Shown here: positions 33,409 to 48,400 of the stretch, piece by piece
Position numbering within the stretch: position 1 is the first letter of the stretch
Layout of the letters: each line of letters opens with the position of its first letter
From: Obrimoposthia wandeli
Lineage: Eukaryota
NCBI GenBank assembly: GCA_977020255.1
Contig: CDROCS010004962.1
Coordinates: 62,001-126,000, forward strand
Direction of reading: 5' to 3'
DNA: 64,000 nucleotides
Position numbers and translations under genes: made by a program
Notes under the pieces: model-generated
What the model was told of the DNA's origin: nothing
Database searches by the model: none
What the model saw: only the letters and a program-made list of their open reading frames with translations

Positions 33409-36400
33409 CTACATGGTTGATAAGTCATCATCATTGTTCGTTTTGAAGTCTGGGAGAAGACTGGATACTTTCTCACGCATTGCCTTCAACCTTCTTTGGC
33501 GTTCTTTTTCCAATCGAGTCACCATAGGAATCTGCTTCCAGACTTCAAGGCATCTTTTCTTGAGACACCTGTGAAATGGAGGGAGTGAGATTTGTCATTT
33601 ATATTTATTCACAGTTAAGCTTTCATTATATTTGTAATATAATCGGCATAAAATCAAAATCCTAACTTTTGATCATCATAATCAAGATTTATTATCGCAA
33701 CGTAAATCTGTGGATTTTACTTAAACGAAAGAAAACGCCACAAAGAATAGCCACTGTGGCTCACACCTCTGCATATGGGTCTTTATAGCCTAAACACACG
33801 AATACAACTGGACACACAAGCACAAACAAAACACTAAAGTGCATTAACCCAATTACGACCTCTTTTTGGTCAATTCAAACTTCTGACTATAAAGCGCTGA
33901 ATGTGCACACTGCTTAGTCAGCTCAAACGCAACATATTTGATGTGTACTCATAGATATTGTGGTATTGTTCCTATTTATAATTAGAGACCAACAGCCACA
34001 GTTATTAAACATTTAGAAGATTAAAGGCGTTCGAAGATAGGAAAGTAAATAAACAATATCAAGTGTTGTCAAATTGGATGCTCGTTTCTGATTTGTTCAC
34101 AGGCAAATACCGAACCTGTTTAGGGCAATCTGGTCGAAATATTAAAATGCATGACTAAAGCGATAATTGGTTATAAAAGAACGTAAGGTATTTTATAAGT
34201 ACACAAATACATCATTTAATATAGCATTAGAAACTAACCGAAAAAAGCGATTCAGAAGATCCTAAATCATGTCATATCTTTAAAAATAATTATTGATCAG
34301 TAAACTTCTTGAATTATTACATTTTCAAAATTCCTTTGTAGGTATCAGTATTTTTGCAAACGCTCAAACGAAGTGGCAACTGATTAAAAAATTGTCCACT
34401 AAATATATTAAATTTCCAATTTTATGAAATTTTTGAAGCTTTAACTAAGATTTTTTCCTCATTCCTTCGGATATTTATTTTCTTATTAGAAGTTTATATT
34501 TATACCATATCGCTTAAGCACTTATGTTATTTAAATAATAAGCACTTTTGGATTGTCATAAGAACTATTTATTCTATTCAATTTTTATAGGAGCAAATGT
34601 AGTTGTTTTAATATGCTGTAATTGATTCAGTTTTATTAGTACAGATTTGTTAAGAATGGTTTGTAAACTATGCATCATCTTATTTGAAATTTTACTGGGC
34701 ATCGAATTACATTAATCTAATCTAGAAGATGTAGACGAATGTGTTAACATTATTACAACATATTTAGATAAAATTTGACAAATTTGACCTGTTATTGTAG
34801 ATTTTTTTCAAATTTAACAAAATACTCTGCTGATAAAGCGTCCTCGCGTATAACCCTCATAATTTCAATTACAAAAATTTATATGGTAACCCACATGATT
34901 ATTAAAGTATAAATAATCACAATTTTGTCTTTATTTTCATAATCAATATTATGTACAATTCGCAAAGAAAGAATACCAAACACAAAGCAACTTTTAAATT
35001 GAAGGTAATATTATATTTAGTTGTATATTTTTATTATTATGTGTAGTTCATTCACTGAAATTATAAAAAAGCAATGGAGAAACAGGGAAATATTTTGATG
35101 TTGACGAAAAGAGCGTTAAAGAGTAGTTTTTTTACTTATCCACGACAAAATGGCAAAAGAGAAGAAATTGAATAGACATGGGTTTTTGAAATGGCCTCAA
35201 CTGCACCAATGGATCATCCAAAGAAGATAATTAATAAATGAAATCGCAACAGCGACCAGAGTAAAATGAATATATTTATCCAAACTGAATATAGAAAATT
35301 TTAAAGCTTCATTGGGTGATTTGAAAATGTTAAAAAGATAGCTGGTGTAAGTGTCATTTGATTGGGTCAAAACAGTAGAAACATTTAAGGCTGACGTTGA
35401 TAATAAAGTTAATTTATATAATATTCTATTTAGTAATTGTTATTTATCAGAAAAACACATACAAATGGATAAAATTACCTACACATTCAATATGCTGGTT
35501 TCTAAAACGTTGGATGTGAGAGTGAAAATATTTCAATTGCAATTGCATTAGAGAAAAACCATTTTACAATTATTCTGGCAAGATAAAATTTATTATAGTA
35601 GCTTTATTCTGACAGAAAACAATGCCTAAAGAAACGCCTCCATCTGAAATAATAGTAACGTGTAATAAAAAGGGTTGGGTAAATGTTCCTTTAATTGAAA
35701 ATAGCTTTTGATCATTTTGGAAGAAACGATCATCTCTGCATTTCTGGAACAACAAAAAACACGAAAGAGTACTAATTTTGGATTAATGTTGAGCTCATAA
35801 TACAGAAAAACTAAAATCTTTGTTTCAAATCATACAGAGCTGGTAGTAATTTCAATAGGTTTAACAAATCATTTACAGCTCCTCGAAATACCAGTTAATA
35901 ACCCATTCAATGATTACATACGACAACTTTGGGACGAACGACGAAATTAATCTTATACAAGGAAATAAGCGAAGAAAAGCATCATATTCAACAATATGTG
36001 AAGAGATGATAAAAAATGAAAGAAAAAGTATCATCAGATTCGATTAAAACTGGATTCATTAAAGCAGGAGACCGAACAATAGAATTTTAATAGAGTAAAA
36101 TTGAAAAGATTGGGAAATTTTTGAAAGAAATTGAAATAGATAATGTTAATTTAATAGAATTAATCGGTGCAAAAGTAATTTAAAATGAATTTTATGGATG
36201 GAATTTATGATTTTAATAAATAATTTTTTAATTATTCAATTTATTACTTTTTTCTATTTGATAAATAAAAACTATTAAACAAATATCATAGCTTTTATAT
36301 AATACTTTCATAATATATTATCTTTTTTTTTCATAAAAATTATATATTTGCTTTTTTATGATATTATTTGACTTTCTAAATTTTTATAATATGCTTTTAG

Positions 36401-39400
36401 CTTTTTTGGTAATTTCCGATAACCCGCACTTGGGTATAATCCCCACCTTCAATTTCCTACCATAAACCCGAGGATTAAGAGTAAATAAAGTTCATATTTT
36501 CATGGAAACATTTTAATTCATTTATAATTCATAATAATCCCATTATAGAAATTGTGCAAAATTGTGCAAAATTTACCATTGTACTTTTAAAATGCTATAC
36601 ATTTTTATTAGATTGTTTTCTCAATTTTGGATACTTATTCTATAATAGCAACTTTTTAAAAGAAATTATCAACGGTATAAAACAGAGGAAATTTAAAGAT
36701 TTCATTTACACAATTAATTGCTAATAAGTAATAACATTGTAGCAAAGATTTTTCAAAACAGAGAAAATGTCCTAAACTTTTATTGGTTACTAATACCAGC
36801 TAGACTGCACTTCAAAATATTATTATCGGTTCAAAATGTATTGGTAGCACATAATATTTAAATTAAATGCAACATCTAGAATATGCAAAAAAATCGAAAT
36901 ATCTAAGGCTTAGAGGTATCGTTTGTTCAAGATATACATAACGAAAAAGTAGAATAAATTGCATCAAATATAAGAAAATCCAGAAATATGACTAACTTCA
37001 AACAAAATTTAAAGACCAATATATTCAAGATTTTTAGAAAACCAAAACGAAGATGGCTAGATACTAGCTCTATTACAAATGAATAAATAGTCCGTACCAA
37101 ATTTATTGTTCAGTGTGTATAAGAAATATCACAAATGTCAGAAATGAGAATTAAATAACTTTCATGAATAATTATATGTCACGATATATAATAATATATG
37201 TTGGTTACGAATTAAAAAATAAAGTTTACTTCTAAATTATATTTACATATTTGTTTCAAAGTGTAAATTAATAAAATCAAATTGCATGCCAAAATTCTTT
37301 TATACGACATGAACACGTAATTTAAGCATATTTTATCCTTTACTTCAGATATTCCAAAGATATTTAAATTCCATAAGAGTGGATTCTTTTCGATAAATAG
37401 TCTCCGACATTACAGTATTTCGAATTTCACAACAATTGGATTTATTAAGACTTAACATTATACAAATCATTAGAATATAAAGTTATTTAATTTAAAAGTA
37501 ATGTAGAGACGTAAACCGATATGAACAAAAAGAATTGCATGCAAAATCAGTTAAACTTAACAAAATTCAAACAAAATATGGTACCAAGGTAACATCAAGA
37601 TTTATAAATTATCATTCCCAAGAGGTTTAACTCAAAGAACATCCCAAAGGTTGCTTAACAAATGTTCTAAGTTAAAATATTGTAAAATTAAGAAATAATA
37701 GTTTTGCAACCATTTTTTAAAGAAGGTGAGAATAAATATCATTAATGAGTGGTTTCGTCAAAGTCTAACTTTAGAGTCCATCAATTTTTCTAATGAATGT
37801 TGCTTTTCGCTAATAACAATAGGCTCTAACAATTTTCGATGCTGGCAACCTCTTGATAATCATAGAAAGGAATTAATAGATTATAGACCTTGTTAAGGAG
37901 TTACGTTATAAGTTTCAAAAAAACGGGGGGGTCTTAATATTTTTCAGTTTCATTCATTTTTATCCGAAGAAATGACTACAGCTTTGAATAACCTTTATTA
38001 AGACAACTTTATTTTCCATCAGAATATTGTAGGACTGCTTATTTGTGAAATAATGCCATAATAATTCAATGAAGCAACCATTAAATATTTAAAATGAACG
38101 TTTTAAATCCAATTATAAATGTTACTGAAATTTTTTAGAAAGTTATGCGATGAGGTGTATTACAAGCAAAGACTTTTGAATAAAGATTAATTGTAGAACA
38201 AAATTCAAAGTCCTTCGCTGCGTTTTTCAACTATTAGAAATTATATATATTCACCTATATAGGTTAGTTTTGTTTTAATTTAGTTTTAATAATGTAGTGC
38301 TTTTATATAGGTACAAGTGTTGTTTAGGATCGACTCATTATTTAATATATTATTTAATAAGATTTGAAATGTTTTTATAAAAGGTTATCCCCAAGGTCAT
38401 TTCATTTTTTAAAGTTATGGATTTATGTATGATGTTGCCAAAGTAAAGGTATAATTTGTAAGTTTGAATTTGATTAATGTAAATCAATGTTTTAGAAAAG
38501 TTGTATTGAACAAATAAAAGTTATGTCTTCGATGTTAATTTTGATGCGCCCTAAATGTAAAATGTAAATGTAAAAAGTGTTTTAAAAAAGGTATTTTTTG
38601 GCATGAAATCAGCTAACACTTCTAAATTACTACAGTATCATGTAACTAAAGAAGCTACAGTATAAAGCTTTTCAAATAAACTTTATTTCTAAAGTTAAAC
38701 ATTTGAAATCATATTTTTAAGTCAAAAACAATTGAATAATTTATTGCAATTATTTTATAATTATAAAGTATAAAATAAATTTGGCGCCGACAATGGTAAT
38801 AATTTTTTTAAAATATGTAACTTTGCAATTTTAATTTACGAAATATATTGATATTGAAAAGTATTATTTCATAATGAGCAGGTATGTACTATAAAATACT
38901 ATAAAGTATTAAAAAAATGTGAAGTGAGCGAGAAAAAAGAAAATTCATCAGCTACAGTCTCACTTTTCATAGAAGTCCGCTGCCAACACAGTCAGTCTAT
39001 CTAATCGAATTTGCTGTCGATGATTGAGCAACCTCCACGACAGAAAGCAGGACTTCTTCATGACCTGTCGATGATGATCTGCGGCCCGCAGATCCATCAA
39101 TGACATGCGGTGCTTGAACTGCATTAATAACCGCTTGTACAAAGGAACGGGAAAACATTAACTTTAAGAAGCAAACGATTGGTTGCAGAAATATTAGAAA
39201 TCGTTAGAATTAAAATTTTTCACACATGATTGTTCTTATTTGTTTAAATAAAAATGAAACTTCATGTAAAAGGAAAAAGAAACCAGTTCTAAAACCTCAT
39301 CACAAAAAGACCAGATTGCAGTTTGGTAAAGCATATGAGTTTGACAGAAAAATTGAACAATGTAATTTAAAGGGGGGGAATAATTTAGACAGCCCTGATG

Positions 39401-42400
39401 GGTTTATATATTTTTGGTACGATTTGCTAACAGAAGCAAAGTTATTTTCGAACAGAGTTCAAGGCGGTGGATAAGTAATGTTGTAGGCATTTTCGGATCA
39501 AAAGAACTATCGCATATAGTTATCTGTGACAAGAAAATTAATTAAAAGAAATATATAACAATACTAAAAGAATTTTTATCAATAAGTACAGATATTTCGG
39601 TGACTAATTGGATTTTTCAAGAGGACAATGTGTCTATTCACGCGTCCATAGAATCTCGAGAATTGTTTCAGAGAAATAATATTCATTTATTGAGTCATCC
39701 TCCATGTAGTCCTGATTTAAACGCCATTTAAATTCGTGGAGATAAATGTATGATGAACAATCATTTGCTTCAGTTGAACAGTTGAAAAATACGAATATCA
39801 AGTATGGAACGAAATTCCCATGGATACAATATATAACTTGATAAATTCAATGCCTGGTGTTATTAAGAGCAACGATGGATTGAGAAAATATTACTTTATT
39901 TGATTGTTTTAAAAAAACAAATCGTGTTTTTCATTTATGCCTTTACAAATATTTTTTTTTAAAAATTAATAAATCTAGTTTAAACCTAGATTTAAGTATA
40001 AATAAATTTTGAGATCAGTTTCTGAATCCAAATTTAAATTTTGCATTGATTTTTTCTAAAAAATCACTAGTTGGAATATATAGAATTGTGGTGGATGGAG
40101 GCCGGATTTGAAAAAAAGTACAATCCACCAGGGACTTTTATGAGGTGGTGTGATGAGGATGTGTCAGTACAAGTGAAATTAGATCCACAATCCAGGGAAT
40201 CCTAAATCAGTTGAATTAAACCAGGAAATAAGTTTGTCGATGACTAGGCCAACGTAACGCATTGAAGCACAGATTAATTGAAAATTCTCGAATAAACAAG
40301 GTAATCCACAAGAAAAAATGACAAATCCGAGATATCCTGTCTGACACTTTCCAGCGTGCAGTTTTACCACTTAATAAGAAAATTTTCTAAATTAATAAAT
40401 ATTTTAAAATAAATTTAAAAATTTAATAAAAAGAAAATAACAAAAATTAATAGTGATTTATCTAGTTATTTAGTTTTGAGGGGTTGAATGTGATTTTATC
40501 ACTGATGTTACAGAACAGTTTCGGGTAAATTTTGGAAAACCTAGATAATGAAAAAAGTTCAATATTCAGAAGAATATTGTTGAAATAATATAAAATGTTT
40601 ATAAGAGCCGTAATTTTTAATGCAAAATCAGTTCAAAATGATTATTTTAAAAAATTAGTACATACCAGTTTAAAATGATGAAAACATTTTCTTAAAATAC
40701 ATTGATCGTAAAATGTAAAGACAATGTTATTTTGGATGTTCATCTCCTCTCGAAATATTTGAAGCCAGTTGAAGAAAATCTTTCTGAAATTTTCAAAAAT
40801 GTAAATATGATTCAAAAAATGAAAATATTCTGCTATTTAAATTAGACTTTTGAAAATACCAAAGTTCATTTTCAATTAATTTTATTAGCATTTATAAGAG
40901 AAATTATTAAACTCAAACCCTGACTATTGTTTTATGAAAATATCAAAAAGAAAAAACCATCCACATAAATAATCTTACGAAATATGTTAACAGGAAATAT
41001 CAAATTTGGGTTTTTTAACTACTTACAAATATAAGTAAAGTAAACATTAATAAATCTTTGAATACTGTTTATTCGGATGTAGATTTCTACAATATTTACA
41101 ATTATTTTTAAATTCATCATAATTTTTTTTTATTTTGACATAATAATTTTGATAAGACAGTTTAACCTTTTGATTGTGATTTCAAAATGTTCCGTTGCCT
41201 TCTTTTTGTTTTCATCTTTTACAGTCAAAAGTTTTGACCACCTTTTAACTCCGTATCGCTTTAGTAACAATTTTTTATAAAATTCATCAACTTTATTCAA
41301 TTTGGACTCTTCTTCTCTATGCTTCTTCAGTCTGATTTCTTCTTTCTACGGTTAGATAGATATAAATAATAGATTGGAAAAAAAAATAATATTCTCAAAA
41401 CACACTAGTAACAGAATTAGCACTTTAGTAACAGGATATTTGTTATTATGCAAGTTGCATATATTTGCATTACAACAATTGTGTAACGATGTAAAATTAT
41501 CTACTCTTATATATGTTACCTTATCAATAAACATATTTTATAAAATCTCAAGATGCTACTAAAACAATGTTGAGTAATTAATAATTTTATGTAGATAGGC
41601 TCTAAGGCAGCGGTTCCCAACCTTTCTGGTGCGGTGACCCCTTGATAACATTTGCCAAGTTTCGGTAAAATAATTTTATCAACACAACAATTTGTTATAT
41701 TTTATTATTTTATATTACCGCGAGAATACAACACAAGGACATTCGGTATCATAAAACAACTTTTTAAAAGGCCTTGCAGCCTTAGGCGACTCCAGGCAAA
41801 TTGTCAGGCGACCCCAGTTGGGGTCGCGACCAACAGGTTGGGAACCGCTGCTCTAAAGCAATCCTGGGGAATATTACCTCTTCAATGCTTGTATTATTAT
41901 ACAAAGCTCAGATTATGAAGATTTCTAACCAAAATGCTTTATATAGTAGAAACTACTGACCATTAAATTGATTCCATGCAGTTAAATCCCGTTTTTCGAT
42001 TTATGAATCATCTAGATTCAAAATGTCCTATACCAGATGAATTGAAAACTCTCAAAGTATGTCATTCCACTTGCATTAACCAAGAAATTACAACCTTCGG
42101 TTTTATCAGTAAACAGATCATACAAATAATTTCAGAAAATCATAGATTTATGTTGATAAGGAAGACAGATGACAACGAAGAATAAATTCCAAATGCACAA
42201 TTGAAAGAAATGAAGACTTTCATTAATATTTATAGTTGATTTGATTTTTTACACATTAAAACAAATCTAATTATAAAGCGTGTTATCTGCAGAATTTCAA
42301 AGTATTAAGAAAGTATTAATCTTAAAAATCAAAATTAGTTAGAGTTGTAAATAATAAATTGCACAGATTTGTTTGAAGATAAACACAGTGTACATATAAC

Positions 42401-45400
42401 ACTGCAACAACAAAAATATTTCTGCTGTTTGTCAAGTTTTTAATTGTTTCTAAATGCTTTTTTTCCTGATTCCAAAAATGTATTTCTATTTTTCTAAGTC
42501 TAAAATTTTTAGAGTTATTTCTATTTTACAATTGTTCATTTTTTATTTTAATAATAATAATAACATATTTATTTATTTTTTGTTTATACAATAATTATTT
42601 TTGAATTTGGCTACTCAGAATGTCTAAATTAACAGCAGATTAATTTGCTTCAAAATATTTGGATGAAAAAATAAATACAGTTGAAAAGAAGGACATGGAC
42701 ATCTTTTCGCAACGTTATTAATGTTTTCTTAAGCAGTGTGCGTACTGAAAATTACAAAGATTTAAAAGAGGAATTTATAATATATTTTAAAAAACAGATG
42801 CAGAATGCCATTAAAATGCTTCATTCACATCTAGACATTTTCAAAGAAAGTGTAAGTGAATAACATAGCGAGCTATTCCATAAAGACATTGTAGGTATAG
42901 AAAAACGATATTAAGGTAGATGAGATGAATCTAAATATGTCGATTCGTGCGTCATAATCCAAATAAGCATTGCAGAAAAGTCTAGATAAAATGTTCGCTT
43001 TTGAAATTTATTTGATGTAAATAAATCCAAATATATGTTTATTATTGTAAAAAGCTATTTTATTATTTTCTATTCGAATTTTGAAGGATTTAATGACATA
43101 CAATTAACATAATTTTCAATCATTTGAAATGCCTACAATTTAAAAACTTTTAGACTTAGGAAAAAAAAGTACAGTTTTTAAATCAGCGTCAAATTTTCAT
43201 TCAATATCACTTTAAAAGTTAGACAAACAATTTTTGTTTCATAGTGTAATTTAATCGATGTACCAATTTTGCTCACATTATAGATATAGTAGCTTAAATA
43301 ATATTAAATATATGGAAAATCATTACAACTAAAGTGTTTTGAGCAATTAACTAAAAAAAACAATTCAATAATTATATTAAATAAACTACTTGTTTTTCTT
43401 TCAGTCTCTTTTCTCGTAACATTTTATCCCGCTCTGATTTTTGCTCGGCTTCGATTCGATTTTGTTCAGTGATTTCTTCTTCAAGCCTTTTCTGAATAAT
43501 GTTCATTATTAAAATATATATATATATTTTAAATATAAATGTATTATACACCTACTGTAAAATTCCGTATATAATGCCTGCGTAATACCTTAATTATACA
43601 CCTTAAGAATTTCATTACGTTGGAAAAGCCAGTACAATGTACACAAAATTTTTATTTATTTAATAAGGCTTTATAAGAGTTTTGGAGTCTATTTCAGAGT
43701 TTTATAATAAATGAGATATTAATATAATGATATATTTGTTTCTTTTTATTTATTTTTATTTAGATATTTTATTCACAAAATTGATATATATATATTTCTA
43801 AATTAAGAAAAAGAATTAAAATTAATTATTTTTAGAAAAACCCATTTATTTTAGACTACTAATTTTCTAAACTGGTCGTGTGAAAGGGTATTTTGAAAAT
43901 AGTTTTTATTAAATATTTATAGTTTATATAATCGTGGAAAAAGCATTAACAATCAAATTTGGCTGAAAGAAAGTTGGTCATTGTGAAGTTCAAAGGAAAA
44001 TGACAAAAGAGCGGCAGCGATAACATATGAAGTAAACAAACGCTAAATAATAACTCAAGGCTTAAGAACAACCAGTAAATAAAATATTCATTTAAAATAA
44101 TATTTAGATCAGTATTATTATTTATTCTAGAATATTGTTAATAGTTTAAAAATTAAATTTTATCAAAGTTTTAAGATAAAATATTTACTCGTTTTTCTTC
44201 TTCAGCTTGGCGTTTTCTTTCCATTCTTTCTGCTTTCATTTTCTCTCTTTCTTTCATTCTTTCTTCCATTTCTGAAAAGTTAATTAATATTTCAATGTAA
44301 TGTTTCTCAATTTGGTTTAATTTTCAAAAATCCCTGAATATTTAAGATAGAAAATGTATTTAAATTACATTTATGATTTAATAAATATTTTAGTAAAGCT
44401 TTAATACATATTAAATAACCACTGTTCTTAGTACAAAATTTTCACCGGGGTTAACTTAATTATTAATTGTGTACAATCATTATTTGCACAAAATCGTTTA
44501 CTCACTACTGTTAGTAAGCATATTTTAGATATTTACTTTCTAAATTTATCTTTTTCGGAAGGGACATAGATATGGTGAATTTGCTTATAAGTGTGATGAT
44601 ATCGGTACGGCGACAAATATAATTTTATTCACATGATTGTTTATCAAATTTATTCACAAAGATTATTTATTTTTAATTTAGTAATTTTAGAATAAAATGA
44701 TATAATTTTCAAATAAATTATAAAAACTGGAGTACCTTTATCTTTGACCTTAATAAAAAGTCCAAACCTGATTAACCTTCAAATATTTTCCCCTTCGGTT
44801 AGTATTTCAATGTACATAGAGCATCACTTTTTACGCCATCAGTTATCCAGAATATTTAAGAGATATCTTAAAGTACATAAGTGTCTAGCGAATACTACCA
44901 TTATAATGTTAATTTATTTAGGCTAAAATTTAACTCGATTTCTGAGATCAGGAAAGAATCAGTAACAATCACTTAAATAGTTTTGCTTATCGTAAATAAA
45001 CAACTATTACTGAGTTACTGTCGAGATATTGCATTAAATTTAGTAGTATATCGTTTGAATAAAACACCTTCAGAATTGAGACAATTTCGAGTAGGCCTTA
45101 TCTATTAAGCACTTAAAAGTCGGAGGTTAGCCTAACCAGTGAAATAACTTTCATTTCAACCATACTATAAACGTAAGTCAAACGCTAAGTCAATTAATAA
45201 GTATTGTATTCAGATTTTTTTAAATTAGGCAGTATAGATGAACTACTTTAGCAGAACTCATGAACTGAAAGATACATGTACTTAAAATAATCGACTAAAA
45301 ATTGAAAAAACATTATGTTGTCAAAAAGCAATCCACGAAGATTTTGTTCATCGACATTAATAATTTGTATGGGTGGGTGCTTACTCAACCTCTACCACAT

Positions 45401-48400
45401 GCCAACTTTAAGTGGGTGTATGATGTGGAAGAGTTGAATAAGTTGATAATAAATTTGGCTACTGTTGGCTATTTGGTTGAGGTCGATTTAACAATCCCTC
45501 CAAATGTGCATAATAAATTGTTCATCAATTAAAAAATCTAAAATATTAAGGTTACTTTATATTAAAAAGTTTTGTTATAAATTACTTGGATAGTTCATGA
45601 ATTTTTAGGTATTTTGTAAAATTCCTAAATATACAATTTCATTGTAACTTATTTTAATTGTAAATATCTTAAAATGATGAATATTAATAAGTAAACAATG
45701 GTGTTTTAGGACAAATAAAACATTTTAAAATATTGTATAATTCTGTGATTTTCACTTTCAAAAATTCCCTTGTTAGTAAAAGATTTTCAAAATCTAAAAA
45801 GAAAATCTAACGTGTAACAAACTTGTCCTTTTTTCTTGCTGATATTTCCCGTTTTTCTTGTGAGAGGTTCTCGATGTTGTCCGGTAGCCGAGCGCTTTCA
45901 ATCACGATTTCTCTGAAGATAAATATTGGTATTCTTGTATTATATATAAATACAGACCAATTTCATACAATAGTCTATAATCACATTCGCAAGATAAAAT
46001 TGTCGGTTAAATATTTGACCAGTTGTAATTTAAATGAGAATAGAATATCAACATATGAATAGAAATATTAAAAAAATCGAATTATAATTTGACTAAATAT
46101 TACTCAAAATTTTTTCCTTGAAATTTTTAATATTCAATCATTTTTTAAATTACAACTAATGTCCGAATTAATATTACTGGTTTAACTTTACTGTGTCTCG
46201 CGTGCGACAGCCAATGGTGGAAAATGCAAACCTTTAGTGATTTTCAATGAAAAATTCAATTCCTAACTGGACTTGTCGTCAGATCAAACAAAAAGGGATG
46301 AGTCAACGTAGATATGGTTAGCTATTGGTTAGCAAATGTAAAGATTAAATGAAAGAATTCATTTTTGTTAGAATTCAATTTTAATTTAAAATTCATAACT
46401 CATAAGAGTAAAAAAATAAAATAATTAGAAGTTAAATCAGAACTAAAACTTTATTTATAAATTCCAAAATATTTAAATAGATTTATTAGTAGTTCTTTAT
46501 TATGATTATCATTAATTTAACTATACCGGGTGTCTTACAGCAAACGCTACTCCCAAAATCCACAAAGTCATAATAAAATATTAATATAATAGTTATACAG
46601 AATAATAAATTACTAGATTATTAATACAGTTTATTTTCAATGTAGCCACCATTTTTGTAAGGGATAGACGTATTCGTTGCTCCACATCTTAACAACTCTA
46701 ATTTTCCCTACAATTAACCAGATACCATAACAAATGCGTCGGTTATTCGAGGTACGTAAACTAGAGTACGTATATGTGTTTTGTGCGCAAACTCCACAAG
46801 GTATCCGTATAAGAAAAAATCTTACAGATAAAATCTTGGGGCTACTCTAGAAGATTACGTTTACAGCCTATCCATCGGTTAGAAAAATCATTACTTAAAT
46901 ATCCCATGAATTGACGGCAATAGTGCACAGAAGCACCATCTTGCATTCAATTACCTCGACGCGGAACGGCTTCTGTAAAGACTTCCTGAAACACGTTTAA
47001 ATATATAAAGCCATTCACAACTCTATCAAATAAGTAGGATCTGATAACACCTTGTACTGATATACCAGCCCAAAACGTGACACCTTCCATATCCATATAT
47101 CTGGTATGCAGACGGTGTTCATTTACTCATATCAGTAAATTGAACTATAGAGATGATTACACAACTTAGACAAAAAATTGTTTCATCTGTCCACACTATC
47201 CGATCTAAAAATTGTGTGTTATTCTCAAACATTTCAAAAAGAAATTCACAAAATTTGAATTTTCTGTCAGGATCATTTTCATTCAAATAATGGTGTAATG
47301 TGAAATGAGTCATGAATAATCTAACTTCAATATGTGATAGACGGATGACTTTGATATGCTTAATACGTCTGCACCATTTCGTATGGAAATAATTTTAACA
47401 ATCTTTCATTACTTCAACCCTAATTATCGTATTTTTTAATTACGAAATTCCGGTTTATAATGCTTGACCTCATCAACACTCCTGATCTCTTCAATCTTCC
47501 TATCAGTGATAGTATTGAATTTGTCTATAATATAGTGTCTATAATCTACTTCAAATAATTAACTTCTGTACAAATACCAGTTTGATAAAATTTCTTCATA
47601 ATAAATACTCCATAATGAAACTATCGATTATTAAATTGTTACTTATTTAATAAAAAAATAAAATACCGGCCACATTAAAAATAAACTGTTTTATTATATA
47701 GTTATGTATTATTTAGTAGATATAAAACAAATCACTTTCCCTGTGAGATACCAGATATAAACAATTTTCATTTATACTCATTTTAAAAAAATCCACCCAG
47801 TCTAATGATTAAAAAATTACAAGTGTATATTTGAACAACATAATTACAATAAATAAAAGATTGTCAAAAATATGTATAACCAACTCTTTTTACAATACAT
47901 TCCTGAGGGCGTCCTGGGATACTGTCAATTAGATTTCGTATTTCTTCCTGAGGAATCTCATTGCAGGTGTTTACCATTCTTTCTTTTAACTGGTGGATTG
48001 ATATTGGTTAGTCATATTGTTCTCAATATCGTCTTTGCATGATGTACTATGTGCACAAATCAGGAGGTCGTGCTGGCCAAGGTAACAATTTACTATTTTG
48101 TTTCTGTAAAGCCATTCTTGCAACACGACACGTATTTGGGCTTACATTGTCCTGTTGAAAAATTAAATAGTTTTCATGAACAACATTGATGACAACATGC
48201 ACAATTATTTATTCTACATATTGCTCACCATTGATATTTCCATTTGTTGCAATCGCTGCTCTTCTTCTTTCATACCAGAAACTTCTCCAAATCACCCCGC
48301 TTCCGCCTTGTATCCATTGTACTTAGCAATACAACACGCTAAAATCCCCATTATGGGCAAACGACGAACTAGAACTCTTCCATAATTTATATCCACTATC

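Noticed and set aside
40085-40370. GC-richer block as a nested plus-strand exon
   Set aside because: Only a short open frame with no homology I can recognise; could be a TE fragment or part of the minus-strand gene.
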